A stretch of 64,000 nucleotides of DNA, from contig NIVC01003873.1 in assembly GCA_002269645.1 (NCBI GenBank), positions 8,747-72,746 of the forward strand, written 5' to 3'. This document shows, piece by piece, positions 60,825-64,000 of the stretch (its first letter is position 1; each line of letters begins with the position of its first letter). The notes below the pieces were generated by a model. It was given only the letters and a program-made list of their open reading frames with translations, did not search any database and was not told the DNA's origin. The position numbers were made by a program, and so were the translations under genes. This stretch comes from Macrostomum lignano. Taxonomy: Eukaryota.

Positions 60825-61035
60825 ACCCAATAAGAGACAGGGGCACCCACCAAGAGACAGGGGCGCTCACCAAGAGACAGGGGCACCCACCAAGAGACAG
60901 GGGCACCCACCAAGAGACAGGGGCATCTACCTAGAGAGGGGCGCCCACCAGGGGATAGGGGCACCCACCAAGGGACAGGGGCGCTAAGCAAGAGACAAGG
61001 GGCGCCAACCAAAGAGACAGGGGCGCCCACCAAGC
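60825..61035. repeat. ~20-bp degenerate minisatellite
   Basis: Unit ccaccaagagacaggggcac, ~10 copies. Confidence 0.85.
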
Positions 61036-61737
61036 ACTGCCTTCAATGTATAACGTTACACATTAACAGGTAAACAGTCAAAGGACACTAACTCTTTATA
61101 GGCCCTTTAAAAGCATCGATACTGTGGAACTGGGCACCGGCCTGCATATACATACCGAAAAAACGGTGCCTTACGGAGCCGAAATAAAGTCCTGTGACCT
61201 TCCGGCCATTCTACATAAATAGCGACCTAAACTGATGGCCCTGCAAACCATGATTTACAACAACGAACAGTGAGAATCTCTGCAAGTGGTTTTCTGATGT
61301 TGCGATTTTACAGTTGGAGGTAAATGCATTCAACTCCCTCCAGTTAACCATGCGTACTCATCATCAATAGAGCAGAGCTATTTCTTGCTGACGACAAAGC
61401 TTTAACCAATGAAATAGTAATAGGCAATTTATTTGATTCCAGTGCCGCATTCATCCCATGTAAATTGGACACAAACGGGATATAACTGAGATTTGGTTTA
61501 TCAGATACGGCAGTTGGTATACTCAATCATTTGAGAGTCGCAATATGACATAGTTAGAAAATTTAAGAAAATAATCTTCAAACCCAGCACCAAATATAAT
61601 AGTAGTCCACTACCAAAGTTTTGTTATGGTTGATAATCACTTGAACAACACCACAACTTACCGACAAAAGCAAATATAAATATATTGTTTAGGTTTTTTT
61701 CACACTAGATTTTCACCTACTTTTACGACTTTTACGC

Positions 61738-61950
61738 CAGGGGTCGGCAAACTCCGACAAAGCCTCTCTATCCGGCCAAAGGGTCCTTTGAAACTTCACA
61801 ATAGCAATCAATAGCAATAAGGCTCAAGGTTTGTGTCTCATTTCAGCTCTCTTCTCTCTAATCTCCTCTCTTCTCTTCTCTTTCTCTCATCTCTTTCCTC
61901 TTCTCTCCTCTCATATCTTTACTCCGATCTCTCACCTATTTTGTCTCATT
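61738..61950. mobile_element. hAT-like MITE fragment, related to the 3566-3850 copy in opposite orientation
   Basis: Begins caggggtcggcaaact; shares gggtcctttgaaacttcacaatagcaatc and ctcaaggttt.tgtctc with the reverse complement of 3760-3830; CT-rich core. Confidence 0.65.
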
Positions 61951-62114
61951 TGTCTCACCTACCATTGCTACATGCTACGTGCTTTTTGTCCGTGCCATAA
62001 GTTGTTTCCTAACAATAGTAGGACAATAAAAACGAATGTATCATGCTATAATACCGGCAACCTAAAAAACGAGTAATTCTCAAAATCGCCCACTCAATTT
62101 GTCACCCGAGCGCT

Positions 62115-64000
62115 CTAGGGAATGTGCACGTGTCTGTAATAATCGGCCAAACGGCACAAAACAATGCCAGTTAGAGACAGCGGTACACCAATACAGAAGC
62201 AGACGGCTTTCATAGTCAGTCCGTCAAACCTGTCGCTCAAAAAGTGACCCATTAGAAAGGCTAATACGCTGGACACAGCGGAGAACAGGGCCAGAATTGC
62301 GATATGGCCCAGACGACGCCGGAGCTCGCGCCTGGTCATGCCAAACCGACGAGCTCGATGGAAGACGGCGGACTAGTCGAGAACCGCCAGGATTAGCAAT
62401 GACAGGAGAACCATGCCGCCAGTTAAGAAGTAACGAAAATGGCCCAGCAAGTTGAACAGGTTGGACAATGGCAGCAGAGCTAAGTAGAGACTCCGACCGG
62501 CTCTCACGGCGAAACTGGCTGCGTGATTGCCGAAGGCTGTCGCCTGGGCCGAATAAGAGCGCCCGTTGGAAATCAGGCCGCACATGTGTTCGCAGTTGTA
62601 GCTCAGAACGTCGTAGTAAGCGCGGCCGCGACTACTAACATTCGACATGCGCTTGTCCATCAGGTCCGCATCGATCGGACGGTTGCGTACGTTCACGTAT
62701 ACAGTAGGTGTACTAGGATTGCGCTCCATTATCATGTAGCCGTGCGTTTCCAAGGGCCCTAAGTAACCGTCCATGCAGGACGGAACATCGAAGCGGATGC
62801 AGGAGGCCTCGGGACCCTCGTTCCAATCTAGTAACAGAATGTGCTCCTTGTGCTTGCCGTTGCGCCGAATGATCAGATGATCGAGCGGTTTGAGATCTGT
62901 AATAGACACGAAAAACTCAGTCTCAATGCGCACCTCATTGGAATTGAAGCCGGAACCCATTAGCAGATGCATGAGATCTTCAACATCCGGTCCACTGGAA
63001 AGCTTAAGCCACTCGCAAAGCAGCCGGTCATTAATAACCTTGTCGGTGGCTTCGCTAATAAAAGATACGCCTAGCAACTGGTTGGCCTTGTCGCGCACCT
63101 TTTCCAAGGAGTTTGTTTCTCCGTGGTAGCACACTCGGCCAACCAGTACCGAGTCTTCCAAATTTAATCGCTCTATAAGCACGACGCTGTTTGGTTCGGC
63201 TGATTCGTAACATCGGTAGCTGAGAAGATCGCAGCGCTTTCCCTCAAAAATGAGTTTGCATTCTCGCATCATCACATGATGGAAATAAAAGCCGACGAGG
63301 CGTCGATACATTACTTGCATCTGGCCATGCGCGACGGCAGTTTCAAGGTCGCGTCCGTAATAGATAGGAACCTTAGAAAATTCGCGATTGGTTGGATGAC
63401 TAGTGGAGCACCATCGCACTAGGTCGCGCGAATTGTTCCACTGAATATTGTACTCAGCCTCACCTAGACGACTCAAAGCGCGTCTAACTGCTGCTTCACC
63501 TGTCACCGTCTGTCATCCGCAACGTGATACTCGATTAGGAAAAGTCGATCTTTCTTGATATTAATCCGTTTTTGACTGCTGGACACAATCCGCTGGATGA
63601 ACATTAAACTGGTCGTCAGCTTGACGGCGTAGTACACAAGTGTAAGGATGATCTCATCTGCACAAAAATTACGGGTAATTTATAATTTAGCATTGAATTG
63701 GAATCGAAACAGATGTATCTATCCCACATGACAGCGCAAATGAAATGATATAATATTTCTTTGTGTGTGGAATGGAGATCTAATATAAATCCATACCTGG
63801 ACATTCGGTTGTCTTTAAATCAACCACGATTGCGTGCTGAAACATGCACAGGCGCTCCAGGGAAACTGGAAGACCCAGGCTGAGTTCCGAGGTGCTTTCA
63901 ATGCGTCTAACCGAATACTCCGGGGTACTGACCAGCGATCCGCCCAGGACTTCGCAGTCCTCCGAGTCCCAATTGTGCACGCAAAATCGAATTCGAGGAT
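62115..64000 (-). CDS. Multi-LRAT-like (permuted NlpC/P60) domain membrane protein, possibly disrupted; continues beyond the window
   Basis: Exon ending 63797 (ccag|gtatgg) splices to 63657 (tttttgtgcag|at). Motifs RALSRLGEAEYNIQWNNSRDLVRWC, FYFHHVMM...KANQLLG and HKEHILLL...YDVLSYNCEHMCGLISNGRSYSAQ, then hydrophobic helices. Frameshift near 63506; in-frame TAG at 62373-62375. Confidence 0.75.

Overview
Eukaryotic (animal) genomic DNA with GT-AG introns, very rich in tandem repeats. The style suggests a flatworm such as Macrostomum, but that is unverified. About a third of the window is mini/microsatellite, and all ORFs over 900 aa are repeat artefacts. Supported genes: a single-pass KCNE-like ORF (2.6-3.1 kb); a type II membrane coiled-coil gene whose two visible exons (30.2 kb and 6.2-5.6 kb) span a ~24 kb TE-filled intron; a 7-exon type I membrane protein with an F-type-lectin-like domain (33.9-40.9 kb); an apparently kinase-less ACK-derived Mig6-homology+UBA ORF (43.6-44.5 kb); a 3-exon J-domain-like gene lacking HPD (56.9-59.3 kb); and a gene with three tandem LRAT-like domains and a membrane tail, disrupted by a frameshift and an in-frame stop (62.1-64 kb). 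Mobile DNA: a candidate 13.3 kb composite CACTA/EnSpm element (8907-22193) with intact head-to-head transposase and 6-exon DUF4806-like genes and an internal 183-bp satellite; LINE, Gypsy, MULE and DUF4806 remnants; several MITEs. No rRNA, tRNA or CRISPR array is supported. All family assignments come from motif recognition by eye, not database searches.
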